64,000 nucleotides of DNA from Candidatus Woesebacteria bacterium GW2011_GWB1_39_12. Lineage in GTDB: Bacteria > Patescibacteriota > Microgenomatia > UBA8517. The notes under the pieces were generated by a model. That model made no database searches, was not told the origin of the DNA, and worked only from the letters and a program-made list of their open reading frames with translations. The stretch spans positions 8,383 through 72,382 of the forward strand of contig LBWB01000007.1 of NCBI GenBank assembly GCA_000993405.1. The letters run 5' to 3'. Positions within the stretch are counted from its first letter, which is position 1, and every line of letters begins with the position of its first letter. This document shows, piece by piece, positions 39,918 to 50,753 of this stretch. A program made the translations under genes and the position numbers.

Positions 39918-40121
39918 TTATGTCACCTCCTCATTTTTTTTACTTGGTTGATCGTCTTCAATAGCTTCGGTAAAGTTCTTTTTTATTTTTTTGATCTCTT
40001 TGAGACTTTGCCCTGCAGTTCTACCAAACGAGATAAATGCTTTTGCACCAAAAAGTAATATCAAAATTGAAACAAGAATAATTATCTCTGTCGTACTGAT
40101 ATTTTTAAGAAAGCCTGGCAT
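39918..40121 (-). CDS. Second TatA/E-like protein
   Basis: IIILVSILILLFGAKAFISFGRTAGQSLKEIKK has TatA-like topology. Confidence 0.55.
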   Translation of the reverse strand: MPGFLKNISTTEIIILVSILILLFGAKAFISFGRTAGQSLKEIKKIKKNFTEAIEDDQPSKKNEEVT

Positions 40122-40179
40122 CTAATTAATTAGACTATATTACTTGGGGGAATAAAAAACAATAGGTAAAAATGAACAA

Positions 40180-40380
40180 CTATACTTCTGTCATTGACGC
40201 TGCCAGCCAAAAGGATCCGTTATAATATTCCAGACTGTTTGTTTGTGAGTTAAAGCCGATTGTTCCGCGCTTGGGTTTTTTCGGCCTAGCGTCTGTTTCC
40301 CAGGAGCTAATTCTTGGTAAACCAAGCATTAGTGATAAACCTTGGCCTATGTCCATTAAAACTGTGGATTTACTTTCCAT
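40180..40380 (-). CDS. Small protein consisting of the conserved C-terminal module shared with the giant repeat protein
   Basis: ISSWETDARPKKPKRGTIGFNSQTNSLEYYNGSFWL aligns with [36 protein letters not shown] at the end of the 40594..44532 protein. Confidence 0.5.
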   Translation of the reverse strand: MESKSTVLMDIGQGLSLMLGLPRISSWETDARPKKPKRGTIGFNSQTNSLEYYNGSFWLAASMTEV

Positions 40381-40593
40381 CTTGTTGAAATCATTATATC
40401 GATCAAAGTAACTTACATCAAGTGTTAAGGAACCAACTATACTTGCTTTTCTTTAGGTGGTTTAGGTAAAACTTGTAAGGTGTTCACTTGCAAGGTTTAA
40501 GAACAATATTTAAGCATGAAATACCTTGCAAGTTTTGCAATTGAAGACCGATCCTTACAAGATAAGTGAGTTTGAAACTACTACTTGCAAGGA

Positions 40594-43500
40594 TTATATT
40601 TTTTTCATTGGTAGAGTCAGCCAGCTAGATCCGTTCCAAACTTCAATATTATTTGTTTGAAGATTAAATCCAAACGTTCCTGTTTTTGGGTTTTTAGGTC
40701 TGCCTGAGATATTCCAAGAGGGGATTCGTTTCTGGATATTAGACACCGTTGCACCCAAAACCTTTTTATTGTTTGTATTAAAAATCGTATGGTTTCTGAA
40801 AAGAATAGGCGGTTCTGGAATAGGAGCAACATAAGCTTCCGATGGACTTACCGAAGGTGAGACGCTAAAACTTGCTGAGTATATGATAGCAGGAGAAGGG
40901 GAAGGAGATGCAGAGGGGCCGCTTGGGGCCACGGAGGGACTAGCTGATGGTGAAAGAGAAGCTGAACCACTTTCTCCACCTAGAGAAGGACTGGCAGACG
41001 GTGATAATGATCCGGAAGGACTCCCGCTGGCTGACGGACTAAGAGACAGAGATGGGGAGACCGAAGCGCTGATGCTTTCTGACGGTGAGAAAGAGGCCGA
41101 TGGTGAAAGAGAGGCGGATGGTGAAACCGAAGGACTTCCTGATCCAGAAGGACTAAATGAGGCACTTGGTGAAATAGATGCCGACGGCGAGACAGAAGGG
41201 CTAAGGCTTGCTGATGGACTCAAGGAAGCCGAGGGTGATAATGATGCCGACGGCGAGACAGACGGCGAGGCAGATGCACTGGGTGAAAGAGAGGGAGAGA
41301 CGGATGCAGAAGGAGAAATTGACGCACTTCCGGCTTGTGAAGGGCTTACCGATGCGCTGGGAGAAATTGACGGTGACACTGACGCAGACGGACTAACCGA
41401 TGCACTGGGAGAAACAGAAGGAGAAACACTGGCCGATGGCGATTCCGATGGACTTACACTTGCTGATGGAGAAAGAGATGCCGATGGGCTAACAGAAGCA
41501 CTTGGACTAACCGACGGAGAAACTGAAGCAGACGGGCTGACACTAGGACTGATGCTTGCGCTCGGACTGACAGATGCAGACGGACTGGCGCTTGCGCTTG
41601 GAGAGACCGAAGCACTTGGTGAGAGTGAAGCGGACGGTGACATACTTGCTGATGGTGAGACAGAGGCGGATGGACTAATGGATGCACTTGGACTAAGCGA
41701 TGGCGATACGGATGCAGAAGGAGAAACAGAAGGCGATTCCGATGCCGACGGACTCAAACTAACCGAGGGAGAAAGAGAAGGAGAAACAGAAGCTGATGGT
41801 GATACCGATGGACTGAGACTTGCAGAAGGTGAGACTGATTCTGAAGGTGATACCGATGCTGACGGACTTACTGATGCACTAGGCGAGACAGATGCAGACG
41901 GACTCAAAGATGCCGAAGGTGATACTGATGCCGATGGCGATACAGATGCACTAGGACTGACTGATGGAGACACAGAGGCTGAGGGTGAAACGGAAGGACT
42001 TACACTTGCAGATGGGCTAACAGATTCACTCGGACTGACAGAAGCCGACGGAGAAATAGACGCAGACGGCGAGACCGAGGCCGATGGAGAAAGTGATGCC
42101 GATGGTGAAACGGAGGCAGAAGGTGAAAGAGACGCAGACGGGCTAACAGATAGTGAAACCGACGCGCTTTCTGCTTGAGAGGGACTCACAGATGCGCTGG
42201 GGCTGATACTCGCAGACGGCGAGATGGATGCGCTGGGTGACACTGATGCCGACGGGCTAAGCGATGCAGAAGGTGATAAAGATGCTGATGGACTGATGCT
42301 AGCGGAAGGACTAAGTGACGCAGAGGGGGAAACTGATGGAGAAACAGAAGCAGATGGAGACACTGATGGACTTTCACTTGCAGATGGAGAGAGTGATGCC
42401 GATGGTGACACCGAAGCAGAAGGACTAACACTTGCCGAAGGACTGACAGATGCGCTAGGTGAAAGAGAACCTGAGGGGCTGGCACTTGCAGACGGCGAGA
42501 CCGATGCAGATGGACTAATCGATGCACTTGGACTAACCGACGGAGAAATAGATGCTGATGGTGACACCGATGGACTAAGACTGGCAGAAGGAGAGACTGA
42601 TTCAGATGGCGATACTGATGCGGAGGGAGAAACACTGGCTGATGGGCTAAGAGATGCACTAGGCGAGACAGATGCAGACGGGCTAACTGATTCACTTGGT
42701 GACACAGAGGCTGATGGAGAAAGGGATGCACTTGGACTTAAAGAGGGAGAAACAGATGCCGATGGGCTGACAGAAGGCGATTCCGATGCCGACGGACTTA
42801 AAGAGGCCGAAGGGCTGACAGAAGCCGATGGAGATACGGATGCAGATGGAGAAAGACTAGCAGATGGAGACACTGATGCAGATGGACTGACACTTGCCGA
42901 CGGGCTGACTGATTCACTAGGCGAAACTGAAGCTGATGGACTAACAGACCCGCTGGGACTTAGAGAAGGAGAAATAGAGGCAGACGGTGAGACTGATGGA
43001 CTTTCACTCGCAGAAGGACTCAAAGAAGCCGATGGAGAAACTGAGGCAGAAGGCGAAACAGAAGCTGATGGGCTAAGACTCGCAGAAGGACTGACACTTG
43101 CAGATGGGCTAACTGATTCACTTGGTGACACCGACGCAGATGGACTCAAACTTGCAGAAGGACTGAGAGATGGAGAAACAGATGCACTTGGCGAGACAGA
43201 AGGACTCTCACTAGCTGATGGAGAGAGTGAGGCTGATGGTGATACTGATGCGCTAGGCGAGACAGACTCCGACGGTGAAAGAGAAGCAGAAGGAGAAACT
43301 GAAGGGCTAATAGATGCCGATGGTGAAAAAGAAGGTGACTCCGATGCCGACGGACTTAAAGAGGCCGAAGGGCTGACCGATGCCGATGGGCTTACCGAAG
43401 CAGATGGACTAAGGCTAGCGGATGGACTAACCGATGCACTAGGTGATATCGATGCAGACGGACTTAGACTTGCAGAAGGACTGACAGATGGAGACATCGA

Positions 43501-44532
43501 GGCAGAAGGTGAAACAGAAGGACTTTCACTGGCAGATGGGGAGAGTGAGGCAGAAGGAGAGACAGAAGCTGATGGTGACACTGATGCGCTAGGCGAGACA
43601 GACTCCGACGGTGAAAGAGAAGCACTAGGGCTTACTGATGGCGAAATAGAAGCAGATGGAGATATAGAAGGACTTTCACTAGCAGAAGGAGAGAGTGAGG
43701 CAGAAGGACTGAGAGATGCAGATGGACTTAAAGAAGCTGATGGACTGACAGAGGCCGATGGTGACAAAGAAGCACTGGGTGATACCGATTCCGATGGCGA
43801 TACCGAAGCGCTAGGTGATAGTGATGCTGAGGGAGAAAGCGACGCGCTGGGACTCAAAGATGCAGATGGGGAAATACTGGCAGATCCTTGCACCGGTTTA
43901 AGCGCGATGACAACTTCAACAAGTGGGCCGGCAGAGCTACTGCGTACCCAAGATATACTTTGGTTAGCAGGGGGAGTCACGGGTATTGTACTCATTCCCG
44001 AGAAGGTTGTTGCACCTGCAACCGTTACTCGCTCTGTTTGGCCTGCTGTTGCAGTAGAAGTGAGTGTTCCTCCTGTACTGGCCTTCGCGATCATGGCGTC
44101 AACAACCCATGCGTTATCTGTGATTGTTTGCAAGCTGACCGGGGTTGCCGAAGAAGTAGCAGGATTTATAGCTAAAAATGTACTTGCTTCCGGCGCTTGC
44201 TGTGCCACACCGCTTAAGGCGATTGCTCCGACTGAAGTCTCGGTATTAGTATCTGTACTTGCAAAAGTTGCCTGGACGGTGTATGTACCGGTACCAGGCA
44301 ACTGGGCAGACAGCATATAGAAAATGCCGGCGGCATTTACTCCGGCAGCGTTATTGGCACTTTCGGCCGAAGTCATTGCTACACCGTTGAAATTTATGCC
44401 AGTTGGAGGGTTAAAGCCTGCCGCATAGGCAACCACCATATCGTACGCGGAGCCAATCGTGATATCTACACTCGGGCTGGCTGAAGCAGAGGCTGCTGCT
44501 ATTCCTGCCGCTGCGACGAATGCAATTGCCAT
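40594..44532 (-). CDS. Giant (1312 aa) secreted or surface protein made of about 150 tandem SPSAS[VLIE] hexapeptide repeats, with distinct N- and C-terminal domains
   Basis: Continuous minus-strand ORF with a signal-like N-terminus ([18 protein letters not shown]), a non-repetitive domain of about 200 aa, an 18-nt periodic repeat core, and a unique C-terminal module. The plus-strand ORFs are mirror artefacts. Confidence 0.75.
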   Translation of the reverse strand: MAIAFVAAAGIAAASASASPSVDITIGSAYDMVVAYAAGFNPPTGINFNGVAMTSAESANNAAGVNAAGIFYMLSAQLPGTGTYTVQATFASTDTNTETSVGAIALSGVAQQAPEASTFLAINPATSSATPVSLQTITDNAWVVDAMIAKASTGGTLTSTATAGQTERVTVAGATTFSGMSTIPVTPPANQSISWVRSSSAGPLVEVVIALKPVQGSASISPSASLSPSASLSPSASLSPSASVSPSESVSPSASLSPSASVSPSASLSPSASLSPSASLSPSASESPSISPSASISPSVSPSASLSPSESVSPSASVSPSASVSPSASLSPSASESPSVSPSASMSPSVSPSASLSPSASISPSASVSPSASLSPSASVSPSASVSPSASLSPSASESPSFSPSASISPSVSPSASLSPSESVSPSASVSPSASLSPSASESPSVSPSASVSPSLSPSASLSPSASVSPSESVSPSASVSPSASLSPSASVSPSASVSPSASLSPSASESPSVSPSASISPSLSPSGSVSPSASVSPSESVSPSASVSPSASVSPSASLSPSASVSPSASVSPSASLSPSASESPSVSPSASVSPSLSPSASLSPSASVSPSESVSPSASVSPSASLSPSASVSPSASVSPSESVSPSASLSPSVSPSASISPSVSPSASISPSASVSPSASASPSGSLSPSASVSPSASVSPSASVSPSASLSPSASESPSVSPSASVSPSVSPSASLSPSASISPSASLSPSASLSPSASVSPSASISPSASISPSASVSPSQAESASVSLSVSPSASLSPSASVSPSASLSPSASVSPSASISPSASVSPSESVSPSASVSPSVSPSASVSPSVSPSASVSPSASVSPSASLSPSASVSPSASVSPSASVSPSESVSPSASLSPSVSPSASVSPSLSPSVSLSPSASESPSVSPSASVSPSLSPSASISPSASVSPSASMSPSASLSPSASVSPSASASPSASVSPSASISPSVSPSASVSPSVSPSASVSPSASLSPSASVSPSESPSASVSPSVSPSASVSPSASVSPSISPSASVSPSQAGSASISPSASVSPSLSPSASASPSVSPSASLSPSASLSPSASLSPSVSPSASISPSASFSPSGSGSPSVSPSASLSPSASFSPSESISASVSPSLSLSPSASGSPSGSLSPSASPSLGGESGSASLSPSASPSVAPSGPSASPSPSPAIIYSASFSVSPSVSPSEAYVAPIPEPPILFRNHTIFNTNNKKVLGATVSNIQKRIPSWNISGRPKNPKTGTFGFNLQTNNIEVWNGSSWLTLPMKKI

Positions 44533-44533
44533 T

Positions 44534-45700
44534 TTAGCGCCCTCCTCCCGCTAAACGGATACTTAGCTTGAGAGAATCTACATAGTATTGATTTTCTTCT
44601 ATTGCTCCAACAATATGTAAAAGCAGCATATTCTTATTCATAAGCTGGGCAACCATATTTCCGAACTCGGTTAACGCCCTTTGGCGTTTTTTGGATCCTT
44701 TCTTTAGGTTTAATAATTTCTTAAGATGTATGTTAATTTGTGCATTCAGGTTAAATGCCTCTGATTGAACTTCTATATATTGCTTTTTAAATGAAAACCG
44801 TGCACCATCAAATTCCCCCACTGAAAATACAGATGCTCCGGCCGTTCCTTCCATTGCGCGGGCCTTCTCCAAGTATCTTTGACTCTCTCTGATCCTTCCA
44901 TTAAGAATTCCGGCTTGTTCACTTCTTTTGTTGAGTTCGTTTAGCTCCTTTTGAATTTCAACACTTGTATCAGCCTTTAAAAGACCAGACAGACTTTCCA
45001 GAAAGATTTTTGCTTCTTGGTTGTAGCGATCCTTATCGTCACCCAGTTCGGTAGTTAATTCGGCAATCCTTTTCTCGATCTTGGTTGTAGGTAATGCCAC
45101 ATCTCCTTCGTAGCCGTACATTGGGGAATCAAAAATTGAATTGTAAAGAATTATTTTTACTCCGAGTGCGGTAAGGTAACCGATCCAAAAGCCGAAACCA
45201 GTTAACTGGTATCGGTATTCGCTTTCCGTCTCCAACTCAATCCCGTGAATCTCAACGCGCTCATAGCGTTTCCCTTGTTTCCACATGTCAGCAACCAGCG
45301 CAAATGCATAGTCCGGTGAAGAACTAAAAAATTTAAAGTTTTTTTCTTCCCCCTTAACGACCACACTGACGTTTTCGGAAAGTGAGAGCACACGCTCAAT
45401 AGGGTATTTTTTTGATTTCGGGATATCAGTGTAGTGCTTTTGCATGTAAACAGTTGGTGTTATACCGGATTTAAGCCAAAGGTAATGCTCTTCGTCGCTT
45501 CTATTTTTTGGATTTTTCCAAATTGCCTCATGGTGCAATTGGAAGACTGTATCGCACTTTGGATATTTCAGTTCGCCATTTTCTTTCTTTGCATTTGGGG
45601 CTTCATTAAACATCCAGATATCGCAGTCGGTTCTTGACCAGTCGAACGTTTTCAATCCGTTCGGGTGCGTACCCATTATTACGAGCGTTTTTTTCATCAC
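44534..45700 (-). CDS. Hypothetical protein in an operon with the giant repeat protein; C-terminal coiled coil
   Basis: 388-aa ORF that overlaps the GIY-YIG gene in ATGA fashion and ends 2 nt before the start of the repeat protein. Confidence 0.5.
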   Translation of the reverse strand: MMKKTLVIMGTHPNGLKTFDWSRTDCDIWMFNEAPNAKKENGELKYPKCDTVFQLHHEAIWKNPKNRSDEEHYLWLKSGITPTVYMQKHYTDIPKSKKYPIERVLSLSENVSVVVKGEEKNFKFFSSSPDYAFALVADMWKQGKRYERVEIHGIELETESEYRYQLTGFGFWIGYLTALGVKIILYNSIFDSPMYGYEGDVALPTTKIEKRIAELTTELGDDKDRYNQEAKIFLESLSGLLKADTSVEIQKELNELNKRSEQAGILNGRIRESQRYLEKARAMEGTAGASVFSVGEFDGARFSFKKQYIEVQSEAFNLNAQINIHLKKLLNLKKGSKKRQRALTEFGNMVAQLMNKNMLLLHIVGAIEENQYYVDSLKLSIRLAGGGR

Positions 45701-45978
45701 GTTAGAAATAGAAAACGTTTCATACGGTTTTTAAGATATCTTCTACCCATTCCAGTCTTGAGGTATTTTTCTCGAGCAACCCCGTCTAATTTATTTTTAC
45801 ATCCTTCAAAATAGATTATTTCGAATGGTCCTCGGCCTTTGGTGTATCTGGACAATCCTTTCTGATGTTCCTGTAAACGTTTTCGAAGATTGTTAGTGCA
45901 ACCAATATACCACTTTCCAGATCTAGTACCTCTTAAAACATAAACATATTGATAATTGAAATTTCTAACGTGATTCAT
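45697..45978 (-). CDS. GIY-YIG nuclease-domain small protein; second copy in the window
   Basis: YVYVLRGTRSGKWYIGCTNNLRKRLQEHQKG. Confidence 0.65.
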   Translation of the reverse strand: MNHVRNFNYQYVYVLRGTRSGKWYIGCTNNLRKRLQEHQKGLSRYTKGRGPFEIIYFEGCKNKLDGVAREKYLKTGMGRRYLKNRMKRFLFLT

Positions 45979-46129
45979 TTTCTTTCAGTCCATTGTTTAT
46001 ATACAACACACTAGCCGTGACTTTCGACGGCTAAAAACTATTTACGCATTCATTATAGTAGAAGTTATCCCCAAAGAATATTAGAAGATTCTTTGATTAC
46101 AGTCCTTTTACTCTATGCTAAAATAAATT

Positions 46130-47878
46130 GTGAAGATTCCTGCAATTCTCCTATTGGTTTTTGTCCTTTTTATTTCTTCCTTTCCAATATTTTCAAGAAG
46201 TGCGACGGGTCAGGAAGGCGGGCCTGTCATTTCTGATATCAGCGTTTCTACTTCGGGAGACTCTGCAACAATAACATGGACAACCGACGTACCAGCCGAG
46301 TCTGACGTTGACTGGGGAACAAATCCAGATGACAATGATTTTACAACTGGAAATGACCATACATTTGTTACTTCTCACTCAGTTACAATATCATCCCTTT
46401 TACCCAGTACGGTATACTACATTAAAATATTCAATAGGAATGAAGCTGGTTATGAGACAATTTCTGATATCCAATCCTTTACGAGCGCCAGTCAAAATCC
46501 TACGGCTACCGAGGCACCGGCTACAAGTACTACCACCACTACCACCGCTTCTACTACGACTACAACGACAAAAAAGGTTGTTGATACCACGGCGCCCAGT
46601 CTTTCTTTAACAACCAACCTTTCTCACCCGTACGTTAAAGCACCGATTCTTACCGGGTCTGCCACTGATGAGATTGATGTAAGCTCTGTTGAGTACTCAA
46701 CCGATGGGGGAGCGAATTGGATTGCTGCAAGTCTTGAAGGAAAGGGTACGAAAAGCGCGACATTTAATTTTTCTTTGGGGGTTTTGGATGATGGAAATTA
46801 TCCTTTTCAGATCCGTGCCAAAGATTCTGCTGGCAACACTTCGGAAACGAAATCCTATACCCTTATTATTGACAGACTTCCGCCTCAGGTTGGCGGGGTT
46901 GTCTTTTCATTAGGTCCCCAGACATTTGCCCCAACCAAAGACGGGACACTTGTAACCGTCGCAGGATTGGAACAAAAACTCACTCTTTCCGCAATTGGCG
47001 GTCCGACTTCGTTAGAAGTTTCGGCGGGTGACAATAAATTTAGTTTGACCAAAAATATTGAGAGCGGTTTATGGTCAGGACTAATTAAATTCGACAGTCC
47101 TGGGGTATATGATCTGACGACAAAATCTATAGACGGAGCCAAAAATGAGACCGACCAGGTCCTCGTTAAGATAGAAGTTTTGCAAGCAGGATCGGTTTCG
47201 TACTCAGGAAAGTCAATTAATGGGGCTGAGGTTTTAGTCTATATTTTTGAGCCCACATTAGGTGAGTTTATTGTCTGGGATGGCGCTTCCTATAGCCAGT
47301 CTAACCCACAAAAAACCGGTGAAAACGGTAACTATAGCCTTCTTTTACCTTTCGGAAAGTATTATCTTGAGGTTAAAATTTCCAGAATAATTAAATTGAG
47401 AAGTCAAATTTTTGAAATTACCAACCCATCTGTTATTAATGCCGACTTTGAAAGCGGTACATTATCTCTACCCTTCATAACTAAAGAAGTTAAAGTCACC
47501 CCAACAAAGGGCTTTACTGAAGTACCTATTGAGAACGGACTTGTTGGCCGCGACTTTCCATTTGAACTTGTCGAATCGGCCAAGGGAAAGCGTCTTATAA
47601 GCTTTGTGGCTACTTGGCTCCCCGATACTGCCCAACAAATTCAAATGTTAGAGGTAGTGGCTGACGATACCAAAAATATCGTTATTGTTCCTCAGGAATC
47701 AGCGGCAACTGTTGAAATCTACCGCAAGAGGGGAGGCTACACCCTGGAAATGTTTTCCGATCCTGATGGGAAGCTTGTTGAACCACTTAGGTTACGTTTT
47801 CTCCCTGTCCATTTTTTCTTAGATGAAGGTGGTAAGATTAGTAAAATAAAATACGGGATATTAAGTTTAGAGCAATGA
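46130..47878 (+). CDS. Secreted fibronectin-type-III / Ig-like repeat protein with a poly-Thr linker
   Basis: Signal peptide, an Fn3-like segment (ATITWTTDVPAESDVDWG...YYIKIF) and a TTTTTTASTTTTTT linker. Confidence 0.6.
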   Translation: MKIPAILLLVFVLFISSFPIFSRSATGQEGGPVISDISVSTSGDSATITWTTDVPAESDVDWGTNPDDNDFTTGNDHTFVTSHSVTISSLLPSTVYYIKIFNRNEAGYETISDIQSFTSASQNPTATEAPATSTTTTTTASTTTTTTKKVVDTTAPSLSLTTNLSHPYVKAPILTGSATDEIDVSSVEYSTDGGANWIAASLEGKGTKSATFNFSLGVLDDGNYPFQIRAKDSAGNTSETKSYTLIIDRLPPQVGGVVFSLGPQTFAPTKDGTLVTVAGLEQKLTLSAIGGPTSLEVSAGDNKFSLTKNIESGLWSGLIKFDSPGVYDLTTKSIDGAKNETDQVLVKIEVLQAGSVSYSGKSINGAEVLVYIFEPTLGEFIVWDGASYSQSNPQKTGENGNYSLLLPFGKYYLEVKISRIIKLRSQIFEITNPSVINADFESGTLSLPFITKEVKVTPTKGFTEVPIENGLVGRDFPFELVESAKGKRLISFVATWLPDTAQQIQMLEVVADDTKNIVIVPQESAATVEIYRKRGGYTLEMFSDPDGKLVEPLRLRFLPVHFFLDEGGKISKIKYGILSLEQ

Positions 47879-47934
47879 CGGACTAATGTCCTTTGGACTT
47901 TGTCCCAGAAATTAGTATTTAGAAATTCTAGATT

Positions 47935-49500
47935 ATGTGGATACAGTTTATTCTTGAAAACTTGAGGTTTGCCATTAGCCTTTTTGCCGGACTGATCTTT
48001 TTTGGCGTCGGCTGGCTCTATTTTGACGCTTGGTTGGAAAAACACGAGAAAAAGGAGCTCTTAAGATATCTTGGTTTTTTCCTGCTTGCTTTCTCTTTTG
48101 CCTTTTCCGCGACCCAGGTAGAATCCACTCTAATTGAGGTACCGTTTTCTGCAATTTTAGGTAACATTCTGGCTTCTACTTCGATTTTAGCCAAGATTTC
48201 CGGCTTGATTTTAATTACCATAAGTTTGGTGATTGATCCGATTCAGCCTCGTCCTGATGTCTCAAAATTTGCGAGTTCTGGTATTTTTGGAATACCTTTG
48301 CCGTTTTCTTTGCTGCACCCTTTTCTTGCACTATCTGTTGGCTTTTTGTACTTCAGGCGCGCAACAATCGGGCTTGAGAGGCACTTAAGGCCGGTTGCCA
48401 TTGCCTTTTTTGTCCTGGGTTTCTCTGAATTCTTATCTCTTGGAAGCTTTTTTAGATCCACGACCAACGTTGGTCTCTACAATCTAGTTGCCGTTTTCGG
48501 ACCAATCTGGTTTGCCCGCTACATTTCACTTGCCGTTGCCACTTTTATTCTTGGTAAGTGGGTATTTGGCTATCTTCTTAAGCGCTTTCTTACTCAACTC
48601 TTTATGATTTTTACCTCCAGCATTTTGGTTATTTTCTTGGTGACAGCGGTTACTTTTAGTGGAATCTTGCTTAATAATATCCAAAAGGAAACGTTTGTTC
48701 GGCTTGAAATTGATGCTCGTGTCCTTGCGTATGCAATTGATGCCAGGAAAGCCCAAACTCTCTCTGATGCCCAGCTGGCTGCCCAAAATTCACAAATTGT
48801 CACATCCCTTGGTTCACGCAAGAGCCTCGCGACTAACTTGGAGAACTTCCTTCTTTCCAAAGATCAAAGTTTCCTTTGGGCACTTGATTCTAGTGGTACG
48901 GTTCTTGCCAGGGGAGAAGATAGTGAAAAATTCGGCGATTCGGTAGCAGGAGATCCCTTGGTCCAAAAAGCTCTTGAGGGCACGGCAGTTACTTCAATTG
49001 GTTCCCGTGATGGTGCTTTTGCACCAATTATTACCATACAGGCAGCCGTGCCGATAAAGTCTCGGGGTGCGATTGTCGCCGGTACAACCATAGATAATGC
49101 CTTTGCCGATGGTATCAAAAAAGCCACTGGTTTTGAGACTTCTATCTATGGTGGAAATACTCTTTCGGCGACAACATTTGTTACGGCTGACGGCAAAACC
49201 AGGCCAGTGGGAATAAAGGAGGAAAATGCTCAGGTAAAATCGCAAGTTCTAGAAAAAGGTGAATCTCTTAATCTAGCTTTAAAAATCCTTGGAGTGCCTT
49301 ATTTGGGAGTATATCTGCCCCTCAAGGACATTACCGAAAAGCCAGTTGGGGTGATATTTGTCGGTGAGCCTCAAACTGAGGTACTCCAGACTGCCGGGGC
49401 GTCAATTGAGTTGACATTCATTTCGACCGTAGCCTTACTCCTCTTGTCGGTCATTCCTTCCTACCTTATTGCCAAGTATATTGCAAAACAAGTAGAGTAG
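47935..49500 (+). CDS. Polytopic membrane protein with an extracytoplasmic sensor-like domain and no output domain
   Basis: About six N-terminal TM helices, a soluble domain of about 230 aa, and a C-terminal TM. It lies upstream of the response regulator. Confidence 0.5.
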   Translation: MWIQFILENLRFAISLFAGLIFFGVGWLYFDAWLEKHEKKELLRYLGFFLLAFSFAFSATQVESTLIEVPFSAILGNILASTSILAKISGLILITISLVIDPIQPRPDVSKFASSGIFGIPLPFSLLHPFLALSVGFLYFRRATIGLERHLRPVAIAFFVLGFSEFLSLGSFFRSTTNVGLYNLVAVFGPIWFARYISLAVATFILGKWVFGYLLKRFLTQLFMIFTSSILVIFLVTAVTFSGILLNNIQKETFVRLEIDARVLAYAIDARKAQTLSDAQLAAQNSQIVTSLGSRKSLATNLENFLLSKDQSFLWALDSSGTVLARGEDSEKFGDSVAGDPLVQKALEGTAVTSIGSRDGAFAPIITIQAAVPIKSRGAIVAGTTIDNAFADGIKKATGFETSIYGGNTLSATTFVTADGKTRPVGIKEENAQVKSQVLEKGESLNLALKILGVPYLGVYLPLKDITEKPVGVIFVGEPQTEVLQTAGASIELTFISTVALLLLSVIPSYLIAKYIAKQVE

Positions 49501-49517
49501 TACTACGATCTAATTGA

Positions 49518-49913
49518 ATGGCAAAAATTCTCATCATTGAAGACGACCCGTTAATGCAGCGGATGTACAATAAGATTTTTACTTTCGAAAAGTACGATGT
49601 AGATGTGGCTGCAAATGGTTCTGAAGGTCTCTCCAAAGTTAAATCAGGCAAACCCACACTTATTCTTCTTGATATCATGATGCCCAAAATGAATGGCCTC
49701 GAGGTTCTCAAATCCCTCAAGGCCAGCGAAGCAACTAAAAAGATTCCTGTCGTCATGTTGACAAACCTTGCCGGCCAAGAAGACGCCGAGACGGCTCTCA
49801 AGCTCGGCGCCGTGCGCTATATTGTCAAATCTGAACACGAGCCCGAAGAGGTAACTAAAATTGTCAAGGGGATTCTCAAGGGTTACACAAGAGAAGAAGT
49901 TCCCACGGGATGA
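49518..49913 (+). CDS. Single-domain (CheY-like) response regulator
   Basis: KILIIEDDP...LILLDIMMPKMNGLEVLK...VVMLTN...K is a receiver domain with the conserved Asp. Confidence 0.8.
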   Translation: MAKILIIEDDPLMQRMYNKIFTFEKYDVDVAANGSEGLSKVKSGKPTLILLDIMMPKMNGLEVLKSLKASEATKKIPVVMLTNLAGQEDAETALKLGAVRYIVKSEHEPEEVTKIVKGILKGYTREEVPTG

Positions 49914-50692
49914 AGTTTATTGTCACCTTCAGATATTTGTTTCATCGACAGGACAGAAATTATGGCCGTTGCAAATAAACCGCCTGCGATTAGGTATAGT
50001 GTGTCTACCACGTCCCCATTCCAGTAAGTATCCTGCAAAGATCTGTAGCTAAATGCAGTATCGGCAATGACCATAAAAAGTGAGGCAAAAACAAAAAGTA
50101 ATAAATTGGGGTGCAAACTTCCTTTAGTGGTTCTGATGCCAGTAATGGCAAGGGCAACTAGAAACGAATCCAACAAAGGGTATGTGATATCTAGAATCCG
50201 CTCAAGTGTCGGCAAACTTTCCAGCCCACTTTCCTGGTTCAAAAAAGAATATAAAATTGCAAACATAATTCCAGATAACACGACGAGCTCGACAACCAGT
50301 CTGAAAGTGAATTTTCCGCCGAGGCTAAATATCAAAAATACGAATCCTAACGATGACATCGGAACAAATAATAACCATAAAATATCGGCTATACTTGGAT
50401 AGGGTACCTCAACATTGAGGACCAAGTTATAGAGTGCCCAAATAAATAGAGCTAAAGTGTAAGAGGTCAAGGCGGTTGCATAAAAGACAAGGCTTTTGCC
50501 CAACCAAGATGAGAATTTGTTTTTCTTCATTCCCCACAAAGCAGCTGCAGCTCCGAAAAGATAGATAATGCCGTAAGAGACATTAAAAAGATAATTAAAT
50601 GGAGTTTGTTTATCCGGGTTTAGAAAAAGTAAAATGTTCCAGATAACGTTTATCAAGACAATAACAATTAGCAAGTTTTTCGCTCGGCTCAT
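49883..50692 (-). CDS. Polytopic membrane protein (hypothetical)
   Basis: 269 aa with about eight hydrophobic helices. Confidence 0.45.
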   Translation of the reverse strand: MSRAKNLLIVIVLINVIWNILLFLNPDKQTPFNYLFNVSYGIIYLFGAAAALWGMKKNKFSSWLGKSLVFYATALTSYTLALFIWALYNLVLNVEVPYPSIADILWLLFVPMSSLGFVFLIFSLGGKFTFRLVVELVVLSGIMFAILYSFLNQESGLESLPTLERILDITYPLLDSFLVALAITGIRTTKGSLHPNLLLFVFASLFMVIADTAFSYRSLQDTYWNGDVVDTLYLIAGGLFATAIISVLSMKQISEGDNKLHPVGTSSLV

Positions 50693-50753
50693 ATTAACTC
50701 ACTTTAATCCTTTTTGTGAAGGCCGTCAATTTTAGGTATATACTTAAAATGTT

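Noticed and set aside
40883-44320. Two long plus-strand ORFs (431 aa and 698 aa) rich in D/G/E/A/L
   Set aside because: They are the antisense mirror of the (SPSASx)n repeat: reverse-complemented TCN/GCN codons give GAx/GCx codons. They are split, have no credible starts or termini, and oppose all flanking genes. The continuous minus-strand 1312-aa ORF with signal peptide is the real gene.
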